64,000 nt of DNA from Cycas panzhihuaensis. Lineage: Eukaryota > Plantae > Cycadophyta. The position numbers and the translations under genes were made by a program. This document shows positions 37,701 to 49,508 of this stretch, piece after piece; positions within the stretch are counted from its first letter, which is position 1, and the number at the start of each line of letters is the position of its first letter. The notes below the pieces were generated by a model that ran no database searches, was not told the origin of the DNA, and saw nothing but the letters and a program-made list of their open reading frames with translations. Location of the stretch: positions 174,599,741 to 174,663,740 of the forward strand of contig CM041465.1 in NCBI GenBank assembly GCA_023213395.1. The letters run 5' to 3'.

Positions 37701-39068
37701 ATGTGTTTGTGGAATATTCGTTTATTTGTAAGTTGATTTTTTTGCAGAAACCTCCACACGACATCGTTTTTCCATTGGAGATTGATACTTGGAATGTGTT
37801 TATTGCTTCTATTTTAATTCCAAGCTTCTTTGCAGTTGCCCTGTTTATAAATTTGTGTGTACTACCACTATCGACTAGTATTGCAACAGGCACCCCTTTT
37901 ATCATCCCTTGGAACCAGAGTGTCTGGTACTTTGCCTTATAATTGCTTGTAGTGATATGTGTGCACTTTCTATGTCTAGCTCCAATAGTTCATCTACTTC
38001 ATCTTCTTCTCGCTTTTCTTGGGCTTCCTCGTGAATTTCTTTGGGTGGTTTTTTTTCTTGCTCTGATATTGTTGTGTCTTCGGTATTAATCATGTATATC
38101 CTTTTCTCGGTGCATTGATGTTCGCAGTTCCACTTCGAACCACATTTGAAACAAGTTCCTTTCTTTATATGTTCTTCTTTCATTATTGTCTCTTGATTAT
38201 TTCTAATTGCTAATGGAGCCCTAGATTTGGTTCCTGACTTGTTCCAAGTTGAGTTAAATCCCTACAAGCTTTCCATTTTACATGTGAAGGTAGGTCTAGT
38301 CTCCTGTAGTTCTTCTTCCACACATCTTGTTGTCTTGATTGCTGAATCCAATGTTGGTACCTCCATTGCTTTTAGACGATATCTTATTGGAAGTTTCAAT
38401 CTGCTAATGTATGTTTCCAGAAGGAGTTTTGGTGGCACTGTTAACGAAATCAGACATTGTAACACTTGAAACTGTTCAATAAACTCCTAGACTGAGCTTG
38501 TTTGTTGTAATCTTGTTAACTGGGCGAAATAGTCCGTACTCCATGAATCTTCATATTGGGTTATGAGCCCATGCTTCATGTTGTGCCAACGTTTTGCTTG
38601 TTTTCCACTTGTCTGAAGCCACCACGAATACAATTTCAAAGCTCGACCATACAAATGCAGTGATGCCAAGGATACTTGCTCGTTTTTCGGTGTTGCATAG
38701 ACTGAGAAGTATGTCTCCATTTGTAAAATACATCCCCTTATATCTCTTGATTTGTCATGCTCAAACTTTTCCAGGGTGGCCTTTGCCATTGTTACCCCAT
38801 CATTACTTTTTCGCCTTTGATATTCTCCTCCTCTTTTAAATCTTCCTTCAAAATTACTTGTATTTTCTTGTTCTATTTTGCCTAGAGGATCCAGGTTTAT
38901 CCATTCCTTTTCTTGTTTGGCCCATATTGGTTCTGCTTGAGGTTTGTCTAGCTTGAGGCTAATTCTATCCATGAGGACCGTGAGGTTAGCTAGAGAAGCT
39001 AGGATTTCCCTTTCTGCTTCGTCTGTGGTGGTTTGTTCCTGACTTGATTGACCTTGGGCGGTCGACAT
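34752..39068 (-). pseudogene. gag-pol of D
   Basis: ORF fragments at 38487-39068, 37651-37905, 36644-36973, 36026-36367, 35312-35530 and 34734-35027 (GPY motif). Confidence 0.93.
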
Positions 39069-40378
39069 CTTCTTTTGTTGTATAATCTTCTTAGAGCGTA
39101 ACTCCCTTTGGGCTCCTTTTAAGTTCCACGGGCGGGAGGGTGGGCAAAAATTTCACTTCCTTCTCACCAAAAATGTCACTTCTTTCCTTGCAAGACTGAC
39201 TGTTGTGAACGTGAGTAGATTGACTTGATCCCCTCCAAAAAAATTTCGACTGTATTCTCAGAAGGTACTCTTCCACAGGATAGCTTCAATGAAGCTCTGA
39301 TACCACTTGTAGCAGAAGCTTTCAACTTATTTCAGAAATAACACAGAAGTTCATAGATATTGATCTAATATATGCTCAAACATATGTCATCAATCTCAAA
39401 TAATAATGAATATTGGAAATTCACCATAAACACCAAAGTAAAGTAATGGAAATAGTACAAATAAAAGGTAAATTATTGTCCAAATATAATACTGGAAAGT
39501 ACAAAAATATACAACAGAATGCCCTTACTGAATGCTTGTCCCTTCGAGCTGTGATTCCTCCAAATATCTCAGGCCAAAAGGCTAAGCCAACTGCAGCCCT
39601 GAAGCCCAAAATATGAAAGAGATCAACCAAAAATGATGATCCAAAATGAGGGCTTTGATCCCTATTTATAACGGTCAATTATTATCCAGCTTAAAGTCAG
39701 CCAAGATTGGGACAGTTCACCGGGAGTGAACCATGAATGAAGTTAGCCAGAAGACAGGCTTACAGGTCGGCTAATACTCCCATGCCTGCACTCATTTCTG
39801 GGGGTTTATGTCGACTGACATGCCCCTAAAGAGAGGGTTTTCCTGGAATGCCATATGAGAGTTGTTCAAATAGATACATGATGATTCTTTGAAATGTTGT
39901 TGGACCGTTGCATAGTCCAAATGGCAGTCAATTATATGCAAAAATTCTAGATTGTTTGATAAAAGTGGTTTTTAACTTATTATTTTCTACAATAATAATT
40001 TGGTTATAACCAGAAAATCCATCTAAAAATGAATATATTTCATGCCCAGTGACTTTTTCCAATATGGTATCAATAAATGGCATTAGAGATGGGTCCCTGA
40101 GGGTTACTGTTTTCAACTTTCGAAAATCCACACAAATTCTAAGTTTGTCGTTTCTCTTAGGAACTACTACAATCAGTGACACCCACTCACTCGTTTCTAC
40201 CTTGAATATGATCCTTGCATCTAACATTTTCTTTATCTCTTCTTCCACTTGCTGTACATATTTTAGATTCATTTGATATGGTTGATTTTTTACAGGTTTG
40301 GTGCCAAGTATTAATTCTATCTTATATTTGCATAATTCTTTCAATAGACCTTGCAAATCTTTATAGGCCCATGCAAAT

Positions 40379-43300
40379 TGTAGAATTTCCAAAATGAAGA
40401 GGAAGTTTGTTTTTTCTATAGAGAAAATTATTATTATGAAGCCCTTTTGTTAGGAGGATTAAAGAGAGAGTCATTTAATATATTTTATTATGAAGTTGGT
40501 TTTTTGTAGAGGGAGAACTTAGGAGTTGGTTTTGAAAGAGGAAATAAAGACTAGAAATAGAAAAGACTTGATCATTTGTAAATCATCCTTGGAGAATTTA
40601 TTTTTTTACTTGGGATAATGGTCTCATGCCATTAGGGCACATCCGTTCCAATTTGGACGACTACTCTCACCTCGAAGAGGGATACATCTGTTGGCTATTG
40701 TATCAGGTTTAGCAATTATTGTTTATTATTTCAATTTCTGCTATTATTTATCAATTGTATGGACGTTATACTGCATGGATGGATGATCTATGTCTGCTAA
40801 ATGATAATTTATGAGGATATATTGCTGTAAACATATGATATTTGCTAAGAATATCCATGAATATTACCATTATCTGCTAGAAAATATTGTCATCTGTGGA
40901 GAATTATTGTTATTAAAGGCATAAAATCTATTATGTATTATGTGAATGTATGTGATTATTGCCATTGTCTTCTATTTGAGAGTTGGGCCCGCTACACTGG
41001 TATTAGAGCAAGAATCTACCATTGCATATTCCTTGGCATGTGGCGTCACCCTAATGTCGTACTACCTGTGAAGAACTCGTAACTGCGAAAGGAACCAAAT
41101 TTTTTGAAGCGTGGTTCGGGAGGGTAACATGCTACAAAGGAATTCTATCCATGTTGAAGCGCCTCTGTTATAAATATTGTAGTCGTTAAAAGAGAAGAGG
41201 GCCTAGATGTATTGGCATGTTGAAGCTACCCCAGTTCATCGCTGTGTTGCTTGCCCTCCTGTGTTGATATTGATCCTTGTACCTCTTGCTGGAAGCCTTG
41301 CGATTGTTGCCCATGGGCACCTTCTATAAAGGTGACAAAGAATTGCCTAAATCTTTTCGACTGCCTAAAGATGCAATAACAACTCATCACAAGAAAAGGA
41401 ACTGCACAGACAATTAAGGGCTTCGTAGGCTGAGACTTGTATAAAGCAATACTTTGTTTATGCGACCAGTTAAGCTCATTGTCGATGACTAGGTCTCTAG
41501 TGCTCATGCTTCGTTGTTGACTTTGTACCTTCACTTCAGTGAGATTGTGGCTATCAAGGAGAATATTCACGCCCTACGTGTGATTTCTATCGACTATGAA
41601 TTGAATCGTTTACAGTTGCCTAGAACATAGAGGGAGAAATATTCAATTGCGAAATCGATTTAGTAAACAAAATCCAGCTACGTGTTTTTGATCGAGATAG
41701 GGAAATTTTATTTTCCCTATAGTTTTCATATATTTAATTAATTTGGGGTTTAATCTCAAGTCTGCCCTCCCTTTGGTCATGTAGTTATGTTTATATGACC
41801 AAGGGCTTAATCCAAAAGGGGGCTTAAAACTGCTATTTTATTTTATCTTATTTAATTTTCTTTTTAAATTATTTCTTCAAAAGGGGTACCTAGATGTTTT
41901 TGTCCATAACTCGAGTTAGAAGTACCTGATTGAATTGCCATTTAAACCGTTGGGATCTTGGTTCAAAGACGATCATTTCAAGTGGTCATATGTTATAGTT
42001 TCGACCAGTGGATGATATAAATTTTAATCATTAATGTACAACCTTCAAAAAACAAAAAAAATAGAGACAATTTTTTTTAATCTAGAGGAATACGATAACA
42101 TGAAAAAATGGTTGAAAACATTGAATCATTCATGAATTCATGTTCAATATAGAAATTGAAGAGTATAGACCAGTCTTAGAAATATTACTAGACAGAAGAG
42201 CTCATGATTGGTTTATTAATTGGGCTAAAGAAGTTTTTATACTCAACTAGTGGTACCATTTTTCATATGCTTCTATTGTAGCTTTCGAGAGGCGAAAACA
42301 AGATAAAGTTCAAGTAGAGGGAGATTTTGACACCCACAAACTCACGAAAAGAGTGAGGATACGAAGGTATCAAAGAAGCCAATCAAAGTGACAAAAACAA
42401 AAGAAGAAGAAGAAGAACGAAAGATTAAAGAGGGGATCACCAAGACCTTATAGGAACATGAACAAGAACCAGTTCAAGGGAAACAACCTAATTGCACTAA
42501 AGATCCGAAGCAAGTGCATATGACGTTTGATCACTTGATGGAAGAATCTTGCAAGAGGCAAATTGAGATTAGGAAAGAGACCAAAGGAGAAGTTACATAA
42601 GAGTAGCACGAATACATGGAAGAGCAAGCGAAAGAACAACTAGTGGATGAATTTGAAGAAGAACCATAGCAGGCCACATGTGAATCCAACGAGGTACTCA
42701 GGGTAGTTCTCGATCCTGTGTTGCACATGCACATTTCATTTAGTAGTTTTATTTGTCCTCTCATTTCCAAGTTCATTAGCAGTAGAGAAACCTTCTTTTC
42801 CCTATCCCATAGTTAGCCAAAATACTAATCCCCTTAGCTCTCATTTCATCATAGGATAAATTTCAATCCCCTTTTACAACCCTAGTCCAATACCATCTTT
42901 ACACAAAATTTTCCCCCATAGGATTTTTCCTCATTAGGCTATTTTAAACCATCCCTCCTTACTTCATCAGGTTTTATCACATAGTCTGATGATTATTCCC
43001 TACACAAACTCATTTGGTCCATCCCACCCATTTCCATACTACCAATATTGTTTTTTTCCATTAAATCCTTTGTTTTCTCTGAATACCATTCCTAAAACCC
43101 TATTAAACTCTTTTTTTCATAAAGAACATCTATCACTAAACCCTTATCCATCCTTCTTCCCAAAGGATTTTTGTGGTCAAAGAAACACTTCACAAATTCT
43201 CGTTCAAGCCAAAATCCAAGCTTCATCCTTTCCTTCTACACCTTCAAAGTTGTGGTTGATCCCCATTCAAAATTCCACTTCTTCCATTTCTTTTTTCGCT

Positions 43301-44328
43301 AAGCAATCATTAATTCACGACCCTTATAATCGATTCTTTTACTAATCTCCCAAAATCCATCATAAATTCCCCCACAAAATTCCTCAGTATTCCAATCACC
43401 TCACTCCATAAGCTATTCCATCAAAGGACAAAATGTGCAAACACAAAGCAAGATTAGGACAAGGCATCCAAGGCACCTCATAGGTCCTAGGATCCTTTCA
43501 ATACAGGACAGGATAAAACATGTTCCTAGCCCCAGGAACAAGCATCTGTGAATTCAGGATGCTTGTCAGCAAAATCCCATAGAAGATGCAAGATCAGACC
43601 AAATCTTTGACATACAAGATTTAGCAGGGGGTGGTTGGAAGAACTGGTCAGCTAGGCGACAAGCAATTTCCAATACTTCTAGGGCAAAGTATTATTTTAA
43701 GGGGAGGGGAATTGTAGCATTCCCAAAATGATGAGGAAGTTGGTTTTTCTATAAAGAAAAGTATTATTATGAAGTTAGTTTTTTGGAAGGATTAAGGAGA
43801 GAGTCATTTAATATATTTTATTATGAAGTCAATTTTTTATAGAGAGAGAATTTAGGAGTTGGTTTTAAGAGAAAAAATAAAGACTATAAATAGAAAAGCC
43901 TTGATCATTTGTAAATCATTCTTAGAAAATTTATTTTATACTTGGGATAATGGCCTCGCGCCATTAGGGCACATTCGTGCCAATTTGGAGGACTAGACTC
44001 GTCTTGAAGAGGGTTACATTTGATAGATATTATATCAAGTTTTGTTATTATTGTTTATTATTTCAATTTCTACTATTATTTATCAATTGTATGGACATTA
44101 TATTGCATGGATGGATGATCTATGTCTATTGAATGATAATTTATGAGGATTTATCGCTGTAAACATATGATACCTGCTAAGAATATCTATGAATATTACT
44201 ATTATTTGTTGGAAAATATTGTCATCTGTGGAGAATTACTATTGTTAAAGGCATAAAATTTGTTGTGTATTCTATGAATGTATGTAATTATTATCATTGT
44301 TTTCTATTTGATAGTTGGGCCTGCTACA
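40379..44328 (+). mobile_element. J: 3.95-kb non-autonomous gag-only element (H family) inserted at the RT start of K
   Basis: LTRs at 40379-40996 and 43713-44328. PBS at 40998-41009 and PPT at 43699-43711. TSD CAAAT/CAGAT. Capsid-like LLDRRAHDWFINW near 42185. Confidence 0.92.
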
Positions 44329-45448
44329 CAGATACATGTTATTTTGTAAGAATATGATCGTGGTTGTTTGTATCAACATGGGGTCCTATCCCTTACCTAT
44401 TTTAATAATTTGTGTGTCCTAACCACATCCTAAGTTAATTAGTTGTTGAGGTGGTTCATCATATGAAATTTGTTCATTAGACCCAAAGTTGTATGAGATT
44501 CTTTAAGCATTGGTTGGTCCCCTACTTGGATTTCAGAGAATTGGGTTGGATATTCTCATTTATGATTAGTCATTTCGTATACGGTTATGAACCATTCTGT
44601 TGGCTTAATATGCCGACGAATACGTCAAAAGGGAAAAAGTATAAATAGGAGGATATCATTGTAGAAAGGGACAGAAAGGATAATTGATCTTGTATAATTT
44701 TACTTTTGGTAATTTTCAGCGACTTGTGAATTATTTACATTTTGCATGCAACTTTGGTATCAGAGTAGTAAGGTCCCTGTGCTCACGGAGGAAGGAAATC
44801 GAGAAATGAAATTTGATAGCCGAATTTCTAATGAAACCCTTCGAAGGAGGTATTCATTTTAATTGCTATGTCTTATCTATCTACTTGCAAAGTTTGGAAG
44901 GAATCGGATTTTTCTACAGTGAAAAAAAACCTTTCAAAACTGTGAAAAATCATTTCGCATGAAGTTGCACACCGATTAACATTAAGATATTCTAAGGAAT
45001 ATTCCTTTTCTAATTTTTCTGGCAACCTTAGAGAAAGGTACATTATCTTATTTTAACCATAACTTGAGCATACAGTGTCCGTTTTTTGAAAAATTTATAT
45101 CACCGAAAAGCTAATTTTGAGAATTATCTATTAATGTTATTATCTTTTAGAATTGAAGTCTTTTTGATCAAGTTTTAAACTATTGAAGTTAACCCTATAT
45201 TTGGCTTCCTACGTGATATCTAAGGGTTAAATTTTCAATTGGTATAAAAGTTAAGACTCTTAAGTGATTGTGGGGTCCATCAAAGGACCAAAATCCTAGT
45301 GAAAGAGGGATTTTTTTTGGTGATAAAACGCCACTATCCAAAATTGATCTGGTATTGAAACTAGACTCAGATGATATGGTAATTAACTTGGAGTTGCAGA
45401 ACCAAGTCTTCAAGATGGATGAAAAGATTGTGAAATTAACATCAGATG

Positions 45449-48400
45449 TGTTGGAATATATGTCCATATCGACTAATATAAACTGGGCCTCCCTATTTAT
45501 GTGCCTAATTATGTGGAGAATATTCTCGAGTGTAGTGAGCCGATGGATGCAAATTGTAATGATATTATAGCACTTTAGATCTATAAATATAGATCAAAAT
45601 CCAACTTTGCATCATCATCAGTTTTTCATAATGTGAATTATTATTATTTGTGGGTTTTCACCTGTAAGGGTTTCCCACGATAATCTGGTGTCCCATGTGA
45701 TCTATTTCTGCTTGATATCTGCCTGATGTGAAAGATCCTATCGACCTTGTTTGCTTCATTTGTGTTTTCCCAACATGGTATCGGAGCTTATAGGTCATGC
45801 ACAAGCAAATGATCATTGTCGGAGGTCCAATCGATGGTGCCAAACCATGCTGGCTTGCCCTTAGTGGATTGGCGTGCCCAATGACCCTGCAGAACAACCA
45901 CGATGGTGTAGATGATCGCTGGAGGATCCTAGGAGCCTTCTATCCATTGTTTGCAGGTATTCAGAGCTATATGGAGATGTGTAGACAAGTTTTGACTCCG
46001 TTGCCATCCATGTGGGTGTTGTTTGAGCCTGCTGAAGGTGTCGGATCCCCGTTTGATGATGCCACTGAGTTTGTATACCTTGGAGACGTTTACCAACCCT
46101 CTGTTGCTAGTGGGAGAGTGCAGAAACCCCGTGAGGTCAGTTGCAGAGCCGTAAGTGATCAATACGGTCAATATTTTTGAGGTATGCTTAGTATATTTAT
46201 CACCCATTTGATATTTAGGGTTTGATTAAATAATGTTCGCTCATTATTAATGTATCTATGACTTGAGTGTTGAACATATGCTTATCAAAGTCGTGTTTGA
46301 TACATTAAATCATACAACTATACAACTGCATGATAATGCATGACTGTCTATATTTTGTCAATTGTTGATCCTGTATCTATAGTTGAGTCGCCTATTACTA
46401 TATTATGGCTTACGTATTGTTATATCCGCCTGTTGAATCACTGTGTGATGTTAGAGTCGCCTCTGCACTGTGATATATTTCAGTCGTCGGTCATTATATC
46501 AATTACGCGCGTGATATTATAGTCGTTGGCTATTAATATGACATCTCCAGTTTGTTGTTGTGTTATATATACACTTAGCAGTATGAGTTATTAAGCCTAC
46601 ATTACTCACTCCGCATTGAATTATGTGCAGTCGCCTAATTGATATTGCCTGGTTAATATGTCTAATGCTATGTATGATAGTTGTGAATCCTGCATGTATT
46701 TTTGCCATGAATCCTGCATGTATTTTCGCCGGCTGCTATGTATTTTTGTCGCCCAACCAATGTCGCCCATGTTTTTTAATTCATTCAATTTGTGCGTTAA
46801 TATATATTTTGATATAACGCCGCAATCCGTGAATATTTATTTACAGCTGTGCATATTTCAAATCGCCCTTCTTTATATAAAATTTTCATATGTACTAAGT
46901 AGCCTCTTATATATATTTTATATATTGAATCTCCCTACGTTATAAATTAGTTTGCCTGTTGATTATTATTCACCCGCCAATTTTGTAATAAGGTTTCATT
47001 AATCATTGGTTTTTATAAAGTTGTCGTATATAATATGTTATATATGTAGTTAAGTCTTTGGCATTGAATGATTTCCACATTGCTTTGAGTTATCAATTAT
47101 TAATGAAGTCTTTGACCTTGTTATTGCACCATGCCATTTTATTAAAGTCATTCACTTTTTTATTAAGTATGGTGTTATTTTTAATGGCATAAATATGGTG
47201 ATGTTTGAAGGCGAAGTAAGTGCTCCTTTTGGCATTATGGCGGTGATTGTATAAGTGACTTTGAGGCATTGGATTGTTTCTCTTGCATCGAGCTAGTGAA
47301 GTGGTGAATAGTCTTTGTTGCATGCGATTGCATGACAAAGTTTAATGGGCGATAGTAAGCGACATGAGACTTGTTTATTGGGTGATGTTGACTACTGGTT
47401 ACCTCTTTGCATGTGATTTGCATAAGAGAGGGTTGATGGGTGGAGTAGTCAAAGCAGTGAATTATCACTAGTTGGCAAGTGGGAAAAAGATGGGTGAGTT
47501 TGAGGGAAAGTATGAGGGCAAAAGATGGGCAAGCATGAGGGCGAAAGATGGGCGTGAGATACCTTAGCTACATAATAAATGCAAACTCTGTTATTGTTTT
47601 AGTATGGCATAGATCATTGCACAAGTTCATGTTTATGCGATTATTCAGTGAAAATAAGTGTTCTTATTCCGTTATATTTGAGTTCTGTTGCATCAAATGT
47701 GTATGAGGTGACATGAGATTCAGAATTTGCCTGTATGAGTGGTTGTCAGTTGATGATGGACCTTTATACTTTGTTAGTTGGGTTGATGATAACATGAAGG
47801 TTTGTGTCCTGTTTAATGCTGGTTTAACATGTGTATATATCTGAACAAGTCTGATGTGGAACCGAGACATAGTGTTTGATGAAATTTAAAGTGTGAATGG
47901 AAAGGTCTAAGACGAGATGCCTTAAAATCAGTGATGCCTTTGTCATGATATAGATAGTTGGCCTATAAGGTTGCATTGCAGGTGAGTATCATAATGCAGA
48001 TGGAGAGGTTGGTGCATGTTAGTGGTTTGCCTCCCATGTTTTGTTGGTAGAAGCTGTAGCGCATAGGTATTGGGTACCCTTGTTGTGACTGATCATAGCA
48101 TTTTTCCCTCTTGTCGTGTGTTTGGACCAAGTCAGAAGCCTTCCATTTATTTCCTTTGGTGCATTGGAGTGCACACATCTTAGACGAAGATTGCAGCAGC
48201 AGGATTGCAAGAGTTTGAAGCCTATGGGTTGTTTAGCTTACAAACAGTGTGATCTACAGGGGAATGCATTGTGATCAGTCTAGATGTTCAGTTGAAGAGT
48301 TGTTGTCGTATCATGCTGAGTGTCATTTGGTTACGTGTTTTATCCTTCATTACTTTAGTTTTCCAAGTCGTTGTTCAGCAGATGTGGAGGTTTGTTTGCC

Positions 48401-49503
48401 TAACATTGTGCTTGAGATGGAAGCAGGACCAAGTGGGAGATTGATGATGAGGAGCTATTAGATGATGATACATGGATTGCAACCCCATGTTCCGTTGACA
48501 GTTGAAGACCTGCAAGATGATGGAAGATCATGGATCAGCATGCCAGTCAAAGCTTGTGATAGATACCAACATTCCAGTGAGTACAAATTCACAATGGAGA
48601 GTTGTATTAAAACAAAGAACCTAGTCGGTTTGCAAGTTAGAAGACTTGTTGTGCAGGTGATCTGTAGCAGGAAGAAGGATTAAGGTATGAGGAGACATTT
48701 TTGCACCGGTCTCTATGTTACTTTTGGTCTGTTTGATCCTTACTTTAGCAGCTTCGGATAGTTGGGTACTGTATTGTATCGTATCATATCAGCGTTCCTT
48801 AACGAAGACTTGATGAGATGATTCACATAGCTCAAGTGGCTCAACCTCTTGGTTTAGTTAAAGGAATATGGCTGAGTTTCATGGACAAAATGTCAGGTGC
48901 AAAGAGAGTTGTATAGTTGCAGGTTTGTTGGAGCATTTCCAAAGAATCGAGCACATACGAGGCATAGCACCATTACATCCAAGTGAAGATTAGATCAGGG
49001 AAGATGCAGGTTGAAGGTTGTCCAAGTTGAGATCAACTTGTGGACGTCTTCACCAAGCTCAAATTGAAGATCACTACATCTATGTTCATGCATATTGGGT
49101 TGAGCAAGGTTATCCTTGAGAGGGGATCTATTTCCAATGATAAACCTTGTTACCCCACATTTACATTAAGAGGGGATGTTGGAATATGTGTCCATATCGA
49201 CTAATGTAAAGTGGGCCTCCCTATTTATGTGCCTAATTATGTGGAGAATATTCTTGAGTGTAGTGAGCTAATGGATATAAATTGTAATGATATTATGACA
49301 CTTTAGATCTATAAATATAGATCAAAGTGCAACTTTGTATCATCATCATTTTGTCATAATGTGAATTATTATTATTTGTGGGTTTTCACCCGTAAGGGTT
49401 TCCCACGACAATCTGGTGTCCCGTGTGATCTGTTTCTACTTGATATCTGCCTGATGTGAAAGATCCTATTGACATTGTTTGCTTCATTTATGTTTTCCCA
49501 ACA
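45449..49503 (+). mobile_element. P: 4.05-kb non-autonomous Copia-derived (LARD-like) element inserted into the gag start of N
   Basis: 327-bp LTRs at 45449-45775 and 49177-49503 with a perfect TSD AGATG. PBS TGGTATCGGAGC at 45776 and PPT AAGAGGGGA at 49168-49176. Only vestiges of Copia RT (GLRYEETF, ~48680) and RNase H (HHYIQVKI...DQLVDVFTK, ~48970-49060) remain. Confidence 0.92.
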
Positions 49504-49508
49504 AGATG

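Larger units (their letters stand above)
28459..39855 (-). mobile_element. D: degenerate chromovirus of the B family, containing Copia I
   Basis: 5' LTR at 39308-39855 and PBS complement at 39294-39305. The 3' LTR at 28459-28984 lacks its outer ~23 bp. The gag starts at 39068, followed by PR, RT (FFDDIL), RH, INT and the chromodomain EYLIKWQTLDAKDTVWEP (29013-29124). Confidence 0.93.

Noticed and set aside
46340-48683. Numerous 60-95 aa ORFs inside P as host genes
   Set aside because: They are short, overlap on both strands, carry no domains and lie within a TSD-bounded element.
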